Below, in pieces: positions 1 through 11,874 of a stretch of 64,000 nt of DNA. The notes under the pieces are model-generated. The model saw only the letters and a program-made list of their open reading frames with translations. It searched no databases and was not told the DNA's origin. Made by a program: the position numbers and the translations under genes. The stretch's first letter is position 1. Every line of letters begins with the position of its first letter. Source of the DNA: Entomortierella parvispora E1425 (Eukaryota > Fungi > Mortierellomycota); the NCBI GenBank assembly GCA_020891255.1, contig BQFW01000004.1:1674001-1738000 (forward strand), given 5' to 3'.

Positions 1-1303
<1,303 letters not shown>

Positions 1304-1320
1304 GATTAGTTGTTGTGTGT

Positions 1321-1980
1321 CTAGTGTTGGTAAAAAGGGGGTCTACTTGAGAGTTGGCTATGGTGACCAAGAGAAGGTTGGGGGAGTTGGGAGATTAATA
1401 AAGACTTGCTTGTTGTCAGCGCAAACAGGAAGGAATAGGGGGGCAGGGGTGGTTGCAAAGGAGTGGTTCCCTGCCAGGTCCAGACGGGGTCAACAAGAAT
1501 CAGCGACCATCCAGCTGCCTTCCAGCACGCAAGCACGGAAGCAATCTGCAGACACGCGACCAAATTCAATGTCTCCCTCGTACTCTGTCGCAACCCCAGT
1601 CTCCTCTCTGCACAGGGAGACACTGCCTGGTATCCAGACAAATAAAAGATTAAAAGAACGGAGACATGCATGTCCATGCAGCATGACAAGACCCAAAAAG
1701 AGAAGGCGAGTAAAAATGCGGGCATGCCAGTTCTCGGTCAGACCAATTTGGTCAAGATGCACCCTGAATTAGCGACCCTGCCACAGTTGATCGAGGGATT
1801 TGACATCCCGAGAGGCTCTGAGCCTGACCAGGGGGGCCAAATAGGGTATTGGATGGACAGCATGTGCCCACTCTTTGAGGCTGCATTGTGCACACAGAGC
1901 ATGCAGTTGCAGCGAGAAGGGGGCGAGTACGTCACTTGCGAGTGAGGGTGGGAGCGAGAGAAGGGGGTGGGGATCAGTAC
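1321..1980 (-). other. Probable 660-nt 5'-UTR intron of the PP2A gene
   Basis: Minus-strand donor CAAG|GTACTG at 1980. Acceptor CCCCCTTTTTACCAACACTAG at 1321, 17 nt before the ATG. A pyrimidine-rich, leader-like tract lies at about 2000-2130 on the minus strand. Confidence 0.5.
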
Positions 1981-2346
1981 CTTGCGAATGACTTGATATC
2001 CGCAACAAAAAAAAAAAAGAACAGAGAAAAGGGAGTGGATGAAGAAGGACAGAAGGAAGGGAGGGAGAGAGCAAAGGAGCGTGAGGGGGATGGAGAAAAG
2101 AAGAAGAAGAGGAGGAAGAAAAGGACAGACAGACAGACAGTGAGCAGATGATGAGCCAAATCCAAATGATGTGTGGACTGACTCTGACTGAATCCCACAT
2201 CCCTGTCTCTGTGTGTGTGTCTCTGTGTGTCTCTCTCTGCGCGTATGCGTGTCTGTGTCGTGCTCTCACGTACGCAGAGGCGCGTGTGTCGTGTTCTCTC
2301 CGTCTCTTTGCCTTGCTTCGGCCTTTCCCGTTGCTGCCCGCGTACG

Positions 2347-2360
2347 TATAAACAGCCAAT
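2347..2360 (+). promoter_or_regulatory. TATAAA plus CCAAT element about 100-115 nt upstream of the QCR10 ATG, in the divergent PP2A/QCR10 region
   Basis: TATAAA at 2347-2352 and CCAAT at 2356-2360. CCAAT (HAP/NF-Y) boxes are typical of respiratory genes, but function here is not demonstrated. Confidence 0.35.
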
Positions 2361-2461
2361 CCCGCCCATTCAATGCGGCTTCGGATTTTCACCTCCTCGC
2401 TTCCATCCTCCCTTCACTCCCCACTCTCTCTCCCTCTTCATCTCAATCCAATCTCATCACA

Positions 2462-3114
2462 ATGGCTGGTCCCCGTGTCATCTCCCACTCTGTCCGCTTC
2501 TTGGGCGCCAACCCCGAGAACGTCATGCGCTGGTGCGTCTCCAATGCTGTCTTCCTTCTTACGCATGACATGGATTTATCAACATTTTGTCCGGACAAGC
2601 TCGGAATCGCCCTCCCTGTTTATCGAGAGTACAGGAACATGTGCAGGATCACCCTAGTGTTAATCGCAGACAGGAGCGATCAGACTTACTCGAGCAGGAC
2701 CTCTCGTCTATGGATGGTGCCAACACACTGGGCGACTACTGACCGGGAAAGAATGGCGACAACGGATCACGCTTCAATCTAAACTCAGGAACCGGCTTTC
2801 ATTACAATGTCATTCTGACCAGCTGTATCCTTTCCTCTTTGTTTGCACTTTTTTTAGGACTGGTGCTGCCGCTCGCTTCGGTGTTGCTGCTGGTGCCGGT
2901 GTCCTCTTCATTGCCGAGTGCCTTCCCCCAGCCAAGGTACTGGCGCGCGCTTTACTCGAAGGATTTCTCTTTTCAATATGGGTCTTATTTATTCACGCGC
3001 TGACAATCTATTGTTTGTTTTTTTCTTACTCCTTGTTCTTAGACTGACCTTTTCTGCAAGCTCCCCGTCGTCGGCAGCTACTGGAAGGCTTACGAGGCCA
3101 AGGATGAGGAATAA
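2462..3114 (+). CDS. QCR10: Cytochrome bc1 complex subunit 10 (73 aa). Exons 2462-2532, 2858-2936, 3043-3114; absent from the ORF track
   Basis: Splices to MAGPRVISHSVRFLGANPENVMRWTGAAARFGVAAGAGVLFIAECLPPAKTDLFCKLPVVGSYWKAYEAKDEE. It has a single TM helix and a DLFCKLPVVG segment resembling yeast Qcr10 (LYKKIPLLG). Both GT-AG introns match in phase. Confidence 0.85.
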
Positions 3115-3348
3115 ATATCCAGCTCCTGGACTTTTTTTTAATTTACTCATCATCGGGCCATCGAACACAACACCCTCTCGACCTTTTCTACACAAAACAC
3201 TACATCGCCACCACTTGGTCGACACCATAGACGACAATTGACGACGAATACAAATTAAAACAATTGTATTAATTATCTGCGCTGCCTAGTGCTTTTTGGG
3301 GGGAATATTGTTGGTATTTTTATTGTCTTTTTTCATGTTTTCTATCGT

Positions 3349-3927
3349 TTAAGCAACGTTGAGCTTCTTGAGGCGATCACGGGCAATGGCAACCATATCA
3401 GACATGGCCACCTTCATCTCGGCCTCCTTGGTCGAGTTCTTGATCCGCTCCTCCATCACGGGGATAATCACGTTACGGGGGCGACCGTTGACAAAGACCA
3501 CAAACTTGAATCCGTACTTGTCCTCGTACTCCTGGTTCAAACGCTTCAACGTGGCCTGCGTGACCTCGTCATCCTGAGAAGGGGTTGCAGTGGCATCAAC
3601 CTTCTTGGCAGCATCCTCGGGCGTGTAGCCTTGCTCGATCAAGGACAAGGCCGAGAGGTTGGCTTTGGCAGCGCCGATCCTGGGGTGGGCATTGATCACG
3701 TCCAGTTGCTCCTCCAAGGTCAAGTACTTGTCTGGGTTGGCCAACAAGACTGCGGTTTCGTCAATGAGGGCCGAGTAAGTAGGGTAAGGACGCTTGGAGT
3801 AGAGGTGCTGGACAATTGGAGGGGCGGGCTCGAACAGCAGTGTGACGGCGGTCGCAAAGTCCTGGACAGTGGCCTCGGTGTTGATGAACTCGATGGATGG
3901 GAGTGAGACGGGGGCGGCAGGGCTCAT
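3349..3927 (-). CDS. OHCU (2-oxo-4-hydroxy-4-carboxy-5-ureidoimidazoline) decarboxylase, urate catabolism; intronless, 192 aa
   Basis: INAHPRIG catalytic motif, LNQEYEDKYGFKFVVFVNGR and IARDRL. Likely start MSPAAP at 3927. Confidence 0.92.
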   Translation of the reverse strand: MSPAAPVSLPSIEFINTEATVQDFATAVTLLFEPAPPIVQHLYSKRPYPTYSALIDETAVLLANPDKYLTLEEQLDVINAHPRIGAAKANLSALSLIEQGYTPEDAAKKVDATATPSQDDEVTQATLKRLNQEYEDKYGFKFVVFVNGRPRNVIIPVMEERIKNSTKEAEMKVAMSDMVAIARDRLKKLNVA

Positions 3928-4726
3928 GATGAATGGAAAGGGGTATGAATGAGGGGTGGGTAAAGAAGTGAATGGGAAGAAAAGAATGACAAAAAGGAAG
4001 GGGAGGAAGCTGTTGCACCGCACCCAGTCAAAAAGAAATCAATCAAAAGCCAATGGGCGATTTAGGGACAAATGCGGGGAGTTTGCACCCACGCACTCCC
4101 GCATTCCGAGCCATTTTCGCACCCGAAGATCCTCTAGGCGGCCCCCTCTGAAGCGCGCTACCGGACAACAACGTGCATGCTGGCATGCAGCTCAGCACAG
4201 AGAGCATAGACAAGAACTTTTTATGCGCTGGGCTGCAGCATTAGCGCGTCAGTTGTCACGCCGCTCACTTTGTTGAACCGTCGTTCTGAGCTTCTCTCTC
4301 CTCTTTTTTTTTTTTTTTTTTTTGACCCGCCTGCTGTGCTCCTCCTATGTCATCCCCTTCTGTCGTTCCTCCTATGCCATCATCCCCTCTGTCGTTCCTC
4401 TCTGTCCTGGGGTTTCAAGGATCCCAACGTGGACAATAGAAATATGGCTCTTAGAATAGGGAAGATCTTAAAATGGCTATGAGCATCTGAGGACGCGACC
4501 GTCATTGCATTCATTTGCTACAACACTTGAGCATGCTGAAAGACGGAGACGGCATCCTCCCTTTGATTTGCTGCTGTTGTAGTTTCATCTTTGGTAATGG
4601 CAGGCGGAATAAATAGTCCCCTCTCCCCTTCCTCACTTTTTTCTCTTCAATCCCTCTCCCCTTCCCTTTCTTCATCCTCGATCAGCTATTGTTGGACAAA
4701 AAAAAAAAAAAAAAAGAAAGAAGCAA

Positions 4727-6907
4727 ATGTGGTTCACGAGAAGGCGCCTTCCTTTCCGCTTCTCAAAGACGCATGGAATCAAGAAATCGACCTCCAGAGA
4801 GCCAAAAACCGAGGGATCAGCGCGCAGGGTCTTAGCGATCAAAGAACCGCATCCTGCTACCCCCACCGCCCCTGCCCGAGCAACCCCAGTTGAAATCAAC
4901 GAACTTGTCGAGCTCATATTCTCTTTTCTGGATCAATCCACGCTTCAATTCACGGCCTCTCCAGTCAGTCGAAGATGGTACATTATAGCCAGACCGCTTT
5001 TTGACCTTCATTTCCGCCTGCGCCCCCAGAATCAACCCTCTTGGCTGCAGCTGGACCAAACCCTTCTCGTGGCCAACAAGCTCACCATTGGAAACTCTTT
5101 GACAACCTCCTTCAAGACCAAGGATGAGCTCAGACTTTGGAACACAATGACCACTCAGATAACGCAAGCTGTAGAGTCCCTTCGAACGCGGCAGAAACGT
5201 CGAGTCTCGATCAAAAGTTTACATTTGTGGATGGAGAGCTGGTTTCTTCCACAAGAGCAGCTCTTGGCCATGTTTAATCCCTCCCATCTTTCAGAGCTCT
5301 CGGTGGTCTTGCCACGAGAGACCGGTCCGTACATGAACCTCGGGGAAATCCTACAGCAGTGTCCAAACCTCCTTGCCCTGTCCATCATTCGACGATTGAC
5401 GGACATTACATCCAACATGGAAGCACAGTTGATAGAGCTCCTCCCCCAGATCCAGCGGGAGATTGTCACCCACCTCATCGACAGGACCAATGGCTCTCGG
5501 AAATATCTGTCTTTGGAGTCTTTATGTCTTGAAAACTTTCGGATTTCCCCTCATGCTTTGCGGTCCTACTTTCCGTTGCTGGGCCTATTGAAAGAGCTCC
5601 GTGTCGTTCTGGGTCCCTATGTATACAATCGTTCGGACAGGAACGTTTTCCATGCAGAAGAGGCAGCAAGGGCGTTTTGGAGGGATTTGGCAGCATGCTG
5701 TCCTTTGTTGCGGTCCATTCACTTGAACTCGGACGTTTCCGACGACTGCGACATCCCGCTCGAACACTTTCCCAACGTGAGCACCTTGGGATCGACTTTT
5801 AAGCGGAATGTCGCCTCGGCAGGACTCAGTCTTTCGAATCTTGTCGGTGCAAACTCGGCGGATAATTGGCTGACGACCCTGGAGATCATTCCTGGCAGCA
5901 CACGATCCTACAGTGCAGGCAAAGGCGAGCTGAAGATAGAAGGAGACAAGTTGTTGCGGAGGTTCCTATTGTCCTCCCCACAGTTGCTTCACTTGAAGAT
6001 TGACAAAAGAATCGCATTGTCCTCGAACGTGCTGTTGGACAAGCAGGATCCGACAGCAATCTGGGCATGCCGAGGGTTAATATCCTTGACAATTCATTTT
6101 GACCGGTGGTCTCGAGGTCAAATGTCCAGTCGGCAGATCTTTGGATACCTGGCTCGATTCTGTCCTAGAATTCAAGAGTTGTCTCTCAGCCTTTACTGCT
6201 CTTATCCGATATGGGGTCTACGAAGTGGCCTCTGTCTTTTGACGCGAATGAGGGATCTGCGACAGCTAGAAATCGATACCCTCAATGAGGATACCAGCGA
6301 GGAGATGCGGTGTCTGAGCAAGAGCGACTTTTCTTGGATTCAAGCCTATACCCAACTCAGCGCTGGCCATGTGGCTTCTACTGCCTTGACCTCCATACCT
6401 GGCGCCACGACTAGCAAAACTGTCATGTTCCCAAGATCATCCTCAGTTGCTAATCGTAGGGACGTTGAACAATGCCTCAAGAAATTTCAAGTTTCTATGA
6501 GCCAACGGCAACAAATAGAAAAGACGACTTCAGAAAGCGGGCGAAGCAGAATGCGACAACAACAGCAAGAAAACCAATACCGGACAGATTATTGGATGGC
6601 CATCCCTATGGTCGATGGCCTGGTTAATATGGATTATTGTGGCACCTTTCTCGACATTGAGTCCTGTCTCTTGGCGCAGCTCTATCATTTCCATGGTGGC
6701 GACAGAGAGACAGAGGGAGATGAGAAGGACGAGGGTGTAGGAGACCCAAAGTGGCATTCGTGGCAACAGCAAGTGTGGCCCAGGTTGAGACAGGTCACCT
6801 TTTGTTTTGCGGGTAGACGACCCCACAAATCTGATAGTCAAGACTACCAGTTGCTTCTGTCCCAGCTGCGGCCCTACATCGACTTCAAGTTTTTGCACTC
6901 CTCGTAG
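4727..6907 (+). CDS. F-box/RNI-like (LRR) protein, intronless, 726 aa (family A)
   Basis: F-box-like INELVELIFSFLDQSTLQFTASPVSRRWYIIARPL, degenerate LRRs (CPNLLALSI, CPLLRSIHL, CPRIQELSL) and a WACRGLISLTI motif. Clear paralog of 40960-43056. Confidence 0.85.
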   Translation: MWFTRRRLPFRFSKTHGIKKSTSREPKTEGSARRVLAIKEPHPATPTAPARATPVEINELVELIFSFLDQSTLQFTASPVSRRWYIIARPLFDLHFRLRPQNQPSWLQLDQTLLVANKLTIGNSLTTSFKTKDELRLWNTMTTQITQAVESLRTRQKRRVSIKSLHLWMESWFLPQEQLLAMFNPSHLSELSVVLPRETGPYMNLGEILQQCPNLLALSIIRRLTDITSNMEAQLIELLPQIQREIVTHLIDRTNGSRKYLSLESLCLENFRISPHALRSYFPLLGLLKELRVVLGPYVYNRSDRNVFHAEEAARAFWRDLAACCPLLRSIHLNSDVSDDCDIPLEHFPNVSTLGSTFKRNVASAGLSLSNLVGANSADNWLTTLEIIPGSTRSYSAGKGELKIEGDKLLRRFLLSSPQLLHLKIDKRIALSSNVLLDKQDPTAIWACRGLISLTIHFDRWSRGQMSSRQIFGYLARFCPRIQELSLSLYCSYPIWGLRSGLCLLTRMRDLRQLEIDTLNEDTSEEMRCLSKSDFSWIQAYTQLSAGHVASTALTSIPGATTSKTVMFPRSSSVANRRDVEQCLKKFQVSMSQRQQIEKTTSESGRSRMRQQQQENQYRTDYWMAIPMVDGLVNMDYCGTFLDIESCLLAQLYHFHGGDRETEGDEKDEGVGDPKWHSWQQQVWPRLRQVTFCFAGRRPHKSDSQDYQLLLSQLRPYIDFKFLHSS

Positions 6908-7219
6908 TGCGGTGTAGTCCTTCACGAAACAACAATACATCACACATCACACGCCTGTCAAAAAATCACAAAAAGTAACGTGACCAAACATAGCATCACG
7001 TGTGCAGTTCACCGAGAACGCCCCGTAAGTGGCACCCAGCCATCCACGTACGCCGCGGTGTGTGGACGTGATGTTTCCCTTTCCTCTTTCTCCCTCTCTT
7101 TTTTCTGCATCCACTCCCTTCATCGACACTTCTGGCGCTCATCCCTCTTCTTGCTCTGTTCCCGTCCCTTCCTTCCCTTTGTCCATCATCTTCATTCACG
7201 TCCAATCACATCTCATATC

Positions 7220-8482
7220 ATGGTACAGTCTCCACTCTCAGACCCTTCATTATGCATCCCCCATCCATAGTGCTTAATCCCTCATCCTTCCCGTCGCTTT
7301 TCGCGAAGAGGACCCTTTTCATATTGAACCAAACACGGCAACCTCGACCTAGCACAAAAAAAAAGGAAAAAATTGTTTACGCATTCACCGACCCATTCAA
7401 GGATATGACTCAAAGGATTCCGCCCCCATGGACTGCACGGCATAAAAGAACGATTACCAGCCTTTTATGCCGCAGCAATCATTCTTTTCATTTCATTGTC
7501 TGTTGAGACATCATCCACCACGGGATCTCGACATACAGGAAACGCCTGGGTCAAAGATAAAATAGAAGGAAAAAAAAAAGTTGGAAAACGCATCTCAATC
7601 GATCAGGACACGCGACCGAGCAACAACAGTGTTTTTTCTTTTCATTCGACCGCGTCTTTTCAAACATCATCCAAGGAAGAAGAAAAGAAGACACATTGCT
7701 GGAACGACCATGGCCATTGCTGTCGTCAACCCTTTTGTTCCCTTTCGCCCTTTTCCTCAACTTTTTCGTTTTGTTCTTTGCCTTGGGCACTTTCGTGATT
7801 TTTCATTTTTTTATTTTGTAAACAAACAAAGTTACCATTGGTCTTCACGACGCGTCGTAGTTAACCTATCTATCTCTCTTTCTCCCAATCGTTCTTTCTC
7901 CTTGCCTCCTCCCCCTTTATTTTTCTTTGTGTTGGCTCACCATAGGCTGATGCACACCTCGGAACCGAAGCCTCCGCTTCTGCCCAAACTAAAATCACAG
8001 AGAAGCGCCGCGAAAAGATCCCAGCACTTTCGCGCTCTGCTCGTGCCGGTCTTCAGGTATGCCAATAGGGATGCAGCCAACAGGAAAAAATGTCGGACTC
8101 GGTACGATCAAGGTTATTGATGAACCGTACTTTTCTCCTTTTTTATTATTATTATTTCCTGCCCTAGTTCCCTGTAGGCCGTATTCACCGTTACTTGAAG
8201 GACCGTACCCAAAACCATGTCCGCGTGGGAGCCAAGGCTGCTGTGTACTCTGCTGCTATTCTGGAATACTTGACGGCTGAGGTGCTGGAGTTGGCAGGCA
8301 ATGCGACCAAGGATTTGAAGGTGAAGCGTATCACACCTCGCCATCTTCAGCTCGCTATCCGTGGAGACGAGGAGCTGGATTCATTGATTCGTGCCACGAT
8401 CGCCGGAGGTGGTGTGTTGCCCCACATTCACAAGGCTCTTCTGACAAAGACCCAGAAGGGCCAGAAGAAGATGGTCCCTTAG
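7220..8482 (+). CDS. HTZ1: Histone H2A.Z. Exons 7220-7222 (ATG only, inferred), 7946-8056, 8168-8482
   Basis: SRSARAGLQ|[11 protein letters not shown]...[70 protein letters not shown] is diagnostic of H2A.Z. The ATG-only first exon (ATG|GTACAG, after a CT-rich leader) is less certain than the rest of the model. Confidence 0.93.
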
Positions 8483-8736
8483 AGCAAACCACCCTTTATA
8501 TCTTTCTTTACCCTCCTCTCCCTCAGCTTTTTCATCTCCAACCAAAAAAGAAATAGCCTACCTCGATACAACAACGTTTTTTGTATATAAGCAGTTTATG
8601 AAAATGCGCGTTCTGACAGGGTATCATATGGCAGGCGGGTTTGGTGTGTGAGGGGAGTTTTTTTGGGTGAGACGAGATGAGAGAGTGTATGTGAGAATGC
8701 GATCAATCTATCCTGTGTATGTTTCTTTCTAGTGGC

Positions 8737-11316
8737 TCATTTCTTGTTTCCTGGCATGATACGAGAGACTCCCTTGACAAAAATGACACCGTTCTCGGCT
8801 TCGCAGCGCCATCCATCCTTCATCAAGAGACTCAAAATGGTGGGGTACAGACGAGCGATCCTGTCCTTGGAATGAGACCCAACACCACAAATGATTTTGA
8901 GCGGCTTGCCCGCGATTCGGCTGGCCTGCATCGTCGATCGCGAGAACCATTGAGTCACTGCCTCCCTAACCACAGTTTGCGCCTCTGCAATCGTGAGTCC
9001 ATGCAAGTCGACCAAGTTGGGATCATTGTTCTCGACCCTAAATTAAATTTCAAAGAGTTGATCGATTGTTGTTAGCGCATGGAGATTTTGTCTGTCTTGC
9101 GACGAGTCCAAGGTAGATTGGGCCCCTTGAACTTACCGATGCTGCTGAACCACAGCGCGAGCTGCGCGCATGTGCCACTGCTTTCCCTGAACATCCAACT
9201 TCTTGCCCTCATCAGCATAGTAAGCCGCAATGCCGCCCATTCCAGCGCCTTTGCCTTTTGTTGCCTGATACGCCTTGGCAGCCTTTCGGAACAATTCGTT
9301 CCTCTGCTCCAAGACTTCATGAGCCCGCTGACGGCACCAAATCGGATCATCGTCGTCATTGTAGAGTTCTGCGTTGGATTTGTCCAACAAGGTATTAGGG
9401 AAAGGTCGTGGTCCACCTGGGTACGGATTGTTGGTCGAGGGCAAAGTCCTGAGTCGGCTTGTCCCGGCACTGGTAGACGTTGCTGCAGTCACAGTCTTGT
9501 CGGCGTAGCGAATATCTGCCTGCAGAGGGATGGTGGCGCCACGCTTCCCGTTTCGCTGTTGTTGTTGACGCTGTTGTTGCAAGTCATGGTCACTCTGAGC
9601 AAGATCCGAAGCCAGGACGGCATTCATGGTTTCCTGCAAATTGCCTCCCTGAAGAACGAGCATCTTCTTCAGACCTTGCGCACTTTTGTCCGGGAAGATC
9701 TCCATGAGCTGTGCCAAATTGATATCGAAATCCCTCTGTCGCTGTTGTCCCTCAGCCGATCCCCCATAGTTTTCGTTCTTTAGCTGATTCTCCAAATAAT
9801 CCACAGTCTTGAAAAGCTGAGTGCCATTGGCGTGGTAAGCAGAAACGATGGTCTTTTTCGGAACGGTGTGAAAGATGTTCATCAAAATCGAGATTTGGTG
9901 GTCAAAGGTGGCCCATTCATTGCTTTCTGGGAGCAAGAATCCATCCTGTCGGTCAATGGCGTTCAAAAGTGGGTCATTTTTGTCCGTCAATCCCGGGATA
10001 TGAGGAGAAGGCATCCTTGGTTTGATGCCTGCACCTCCCCAAGCCAACTCCTGTCCGTTCCAGGCCTTGGTCTTCTTTTTCGACTTTTGAACACCTTGGA
10101 AGAACGCATCATCCAGAGATCCTGTAGATGCGGTGGTAGCAGAGGACGCATGAGATCCAGTTGAGTTCAACGAGACCGAGCCGGTGGAAGAGGTTTCCAC
10201 TTGCTCATTCTCCAGAAACATTCGGCTCAGGATCAATTCCACAGCCGCCTCCAAGTCCCGTCGACTGTCCTTGAAGATCTGAGCCAAGAACTCGTCTGAA
10301 TGTTGACGATCAGGGAAACAGCTCTTCAAAAACTCAAGTTCCTCGCTGCTGATGTCGTTGGCGCTGTTGTTGGTCCTTTCAGAATAAATGCCGGCAACTT
10401 CATCCGTGCCCATCTCCTCACTTTCAAACTCATTCTCATTGTCCAAATTGTCGCTTGGACTAGGTGAAGTTTGTATCGCATCGAGGTCCAGAGACGCAAA
10501 CTGATCTAGAATCTTTTCTTCAAATGCGTACTGTCCATCTGCCGACTTTTTCCACGTCCTGCGTGGCGAAGCTTGCGCTGAGGGTGATGTCACTGTAGGC
10601 TGCTGTTGCTGTTGAGCAACTTTGCCTGATCGCTTGGGCCTCCTGTTCTTTTTCTTTTTTGGAGAGGGCTGCTGCTGTTGTATTTCGGCAGCCACATCGT
10701 CTTCACTGACATCGTCTTGACCTTGCTCCTCCTGTTCGTCCTCCAGAGTTTCATCTATAGGAAAAGCACCAGGCATCGGTGGCATCTCCATCCCTGGAGG
10801 AAGTCCATTGTTCCGTACAAAATTCGGGTTTCGGAGGGCTCTAAAGGCCTGTTTTGCTGGCGCCGTTGTCGTTGCAGCTCCTCCCTGTGACACGGACGTA
10901 GGTGTTGCCGACGCGACTGAGGATGTGGGGGCGCGATAGGACGAAGAGTTGGTGATCTGGCCCTGTTTATAGCCAAGGGGACTCGCAGAGTTGTCAGACG
11001 TTGAGCTGGCGACTTGCTCACTCCAGATCAGGATGTTTTTGTCCTTGGTGGGTGCTGCTGAGGACTTTTTGCCGTTCAGGTTTGCCAGCGACGAGGTTCC
11101 TTCTCCGGCTGTTGACTTGTTCCCTGTTTTTGTCTTGGTCGAAGTCGTCGCTCCTGATGTATTTTTGGAGGATGTTTCGGGAAAGGTGGCATCAGATGTG
11201 GTAGTTGCGGGAGAGGCAGCGGCAAGGGCTGAGAGAATGGGTATGCAAGCCTTGAAGTCTCGAAGATCATGGTAGATAGATGCGACCAGCGCGGAGTCTA
11301 GACGTGGGCAAAACAT
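8737..11316 (-). CDS. CUE2: CUE-domain / DUF1771 / Smr endonuclease (Cue2/N4BP2-like). Exons 11316-9137, 9037-8737
   Basis: Smr motifs VDLHGLTIAEA and LKIICGVGSHS. DUF1771-like RNELFRKAAKAYQ...AAYYADEG. Several CUE-like segments (FLKSCFPD, LMNIFHTVP, LMEIFPDK). The 99-nt GT-AG intron matches in phase. Confidence 0.85.
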
Positions 11317-11874
11317 TGCCTGGAGATTTCCGGTGTGTGTTTATGTCAGCGACAAAGGAGACCATTGCAGATATCAGTATCTATGGTACTAGTGGCCCGC
11401 TATTGTTACCTCTAGTTTTTCTTGTGGGTCCATGGCAAGGGGTTATAAAGATGGACAGGATGACAATTAATGATGTGAATTGTGAAGTTTGCCAGAGATT
11501 TGAATGTTGCGGTTCTTGTTGGGTGTAGGTGGGTGCTAGCAAAGTACGGTTGAGTTCATTGAGATGAGTTGAAAGTGAACTTGGTTGTGAGGTTGAGGTA
11601 CAGCAGTGATGGAAGGCAGGAGGAAATAGACTGATGAAAAAGATGGATGCATGCACGTCTTTTTCAACATGCGTGTTCGTTAAGGGGGCCGATCATAAGA
11701 GCGACGAAAAAAATAAATTTGGTGGCACCGAGGTGATGACCCACTGTGTGTCGAAGGACTACGGCACTTTTTTTATTTCACATTGCCTGCGGCACCTTCA
11801 TCAATCATATCTGTTTGCCTATCCGTCCAACTTGCCCTTGCGCAATAAGAAAGACGGCTCTGGACTTGATCTGA

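Noticed and set aside
2825-2833. GTATCCTTT, a perfect U12 5' splice-site consensus in QCR10 intron 1
   Set aside because: It lies within the polypyrimidine tract only 33 nt from the acceptor, with no compatible upstream exon. Most likely coincidence.
3289-3906. 205-aa plus-strand ORF
   Set aside because: Antisense shadow of OHCU decarboxylase caused by codon bias.
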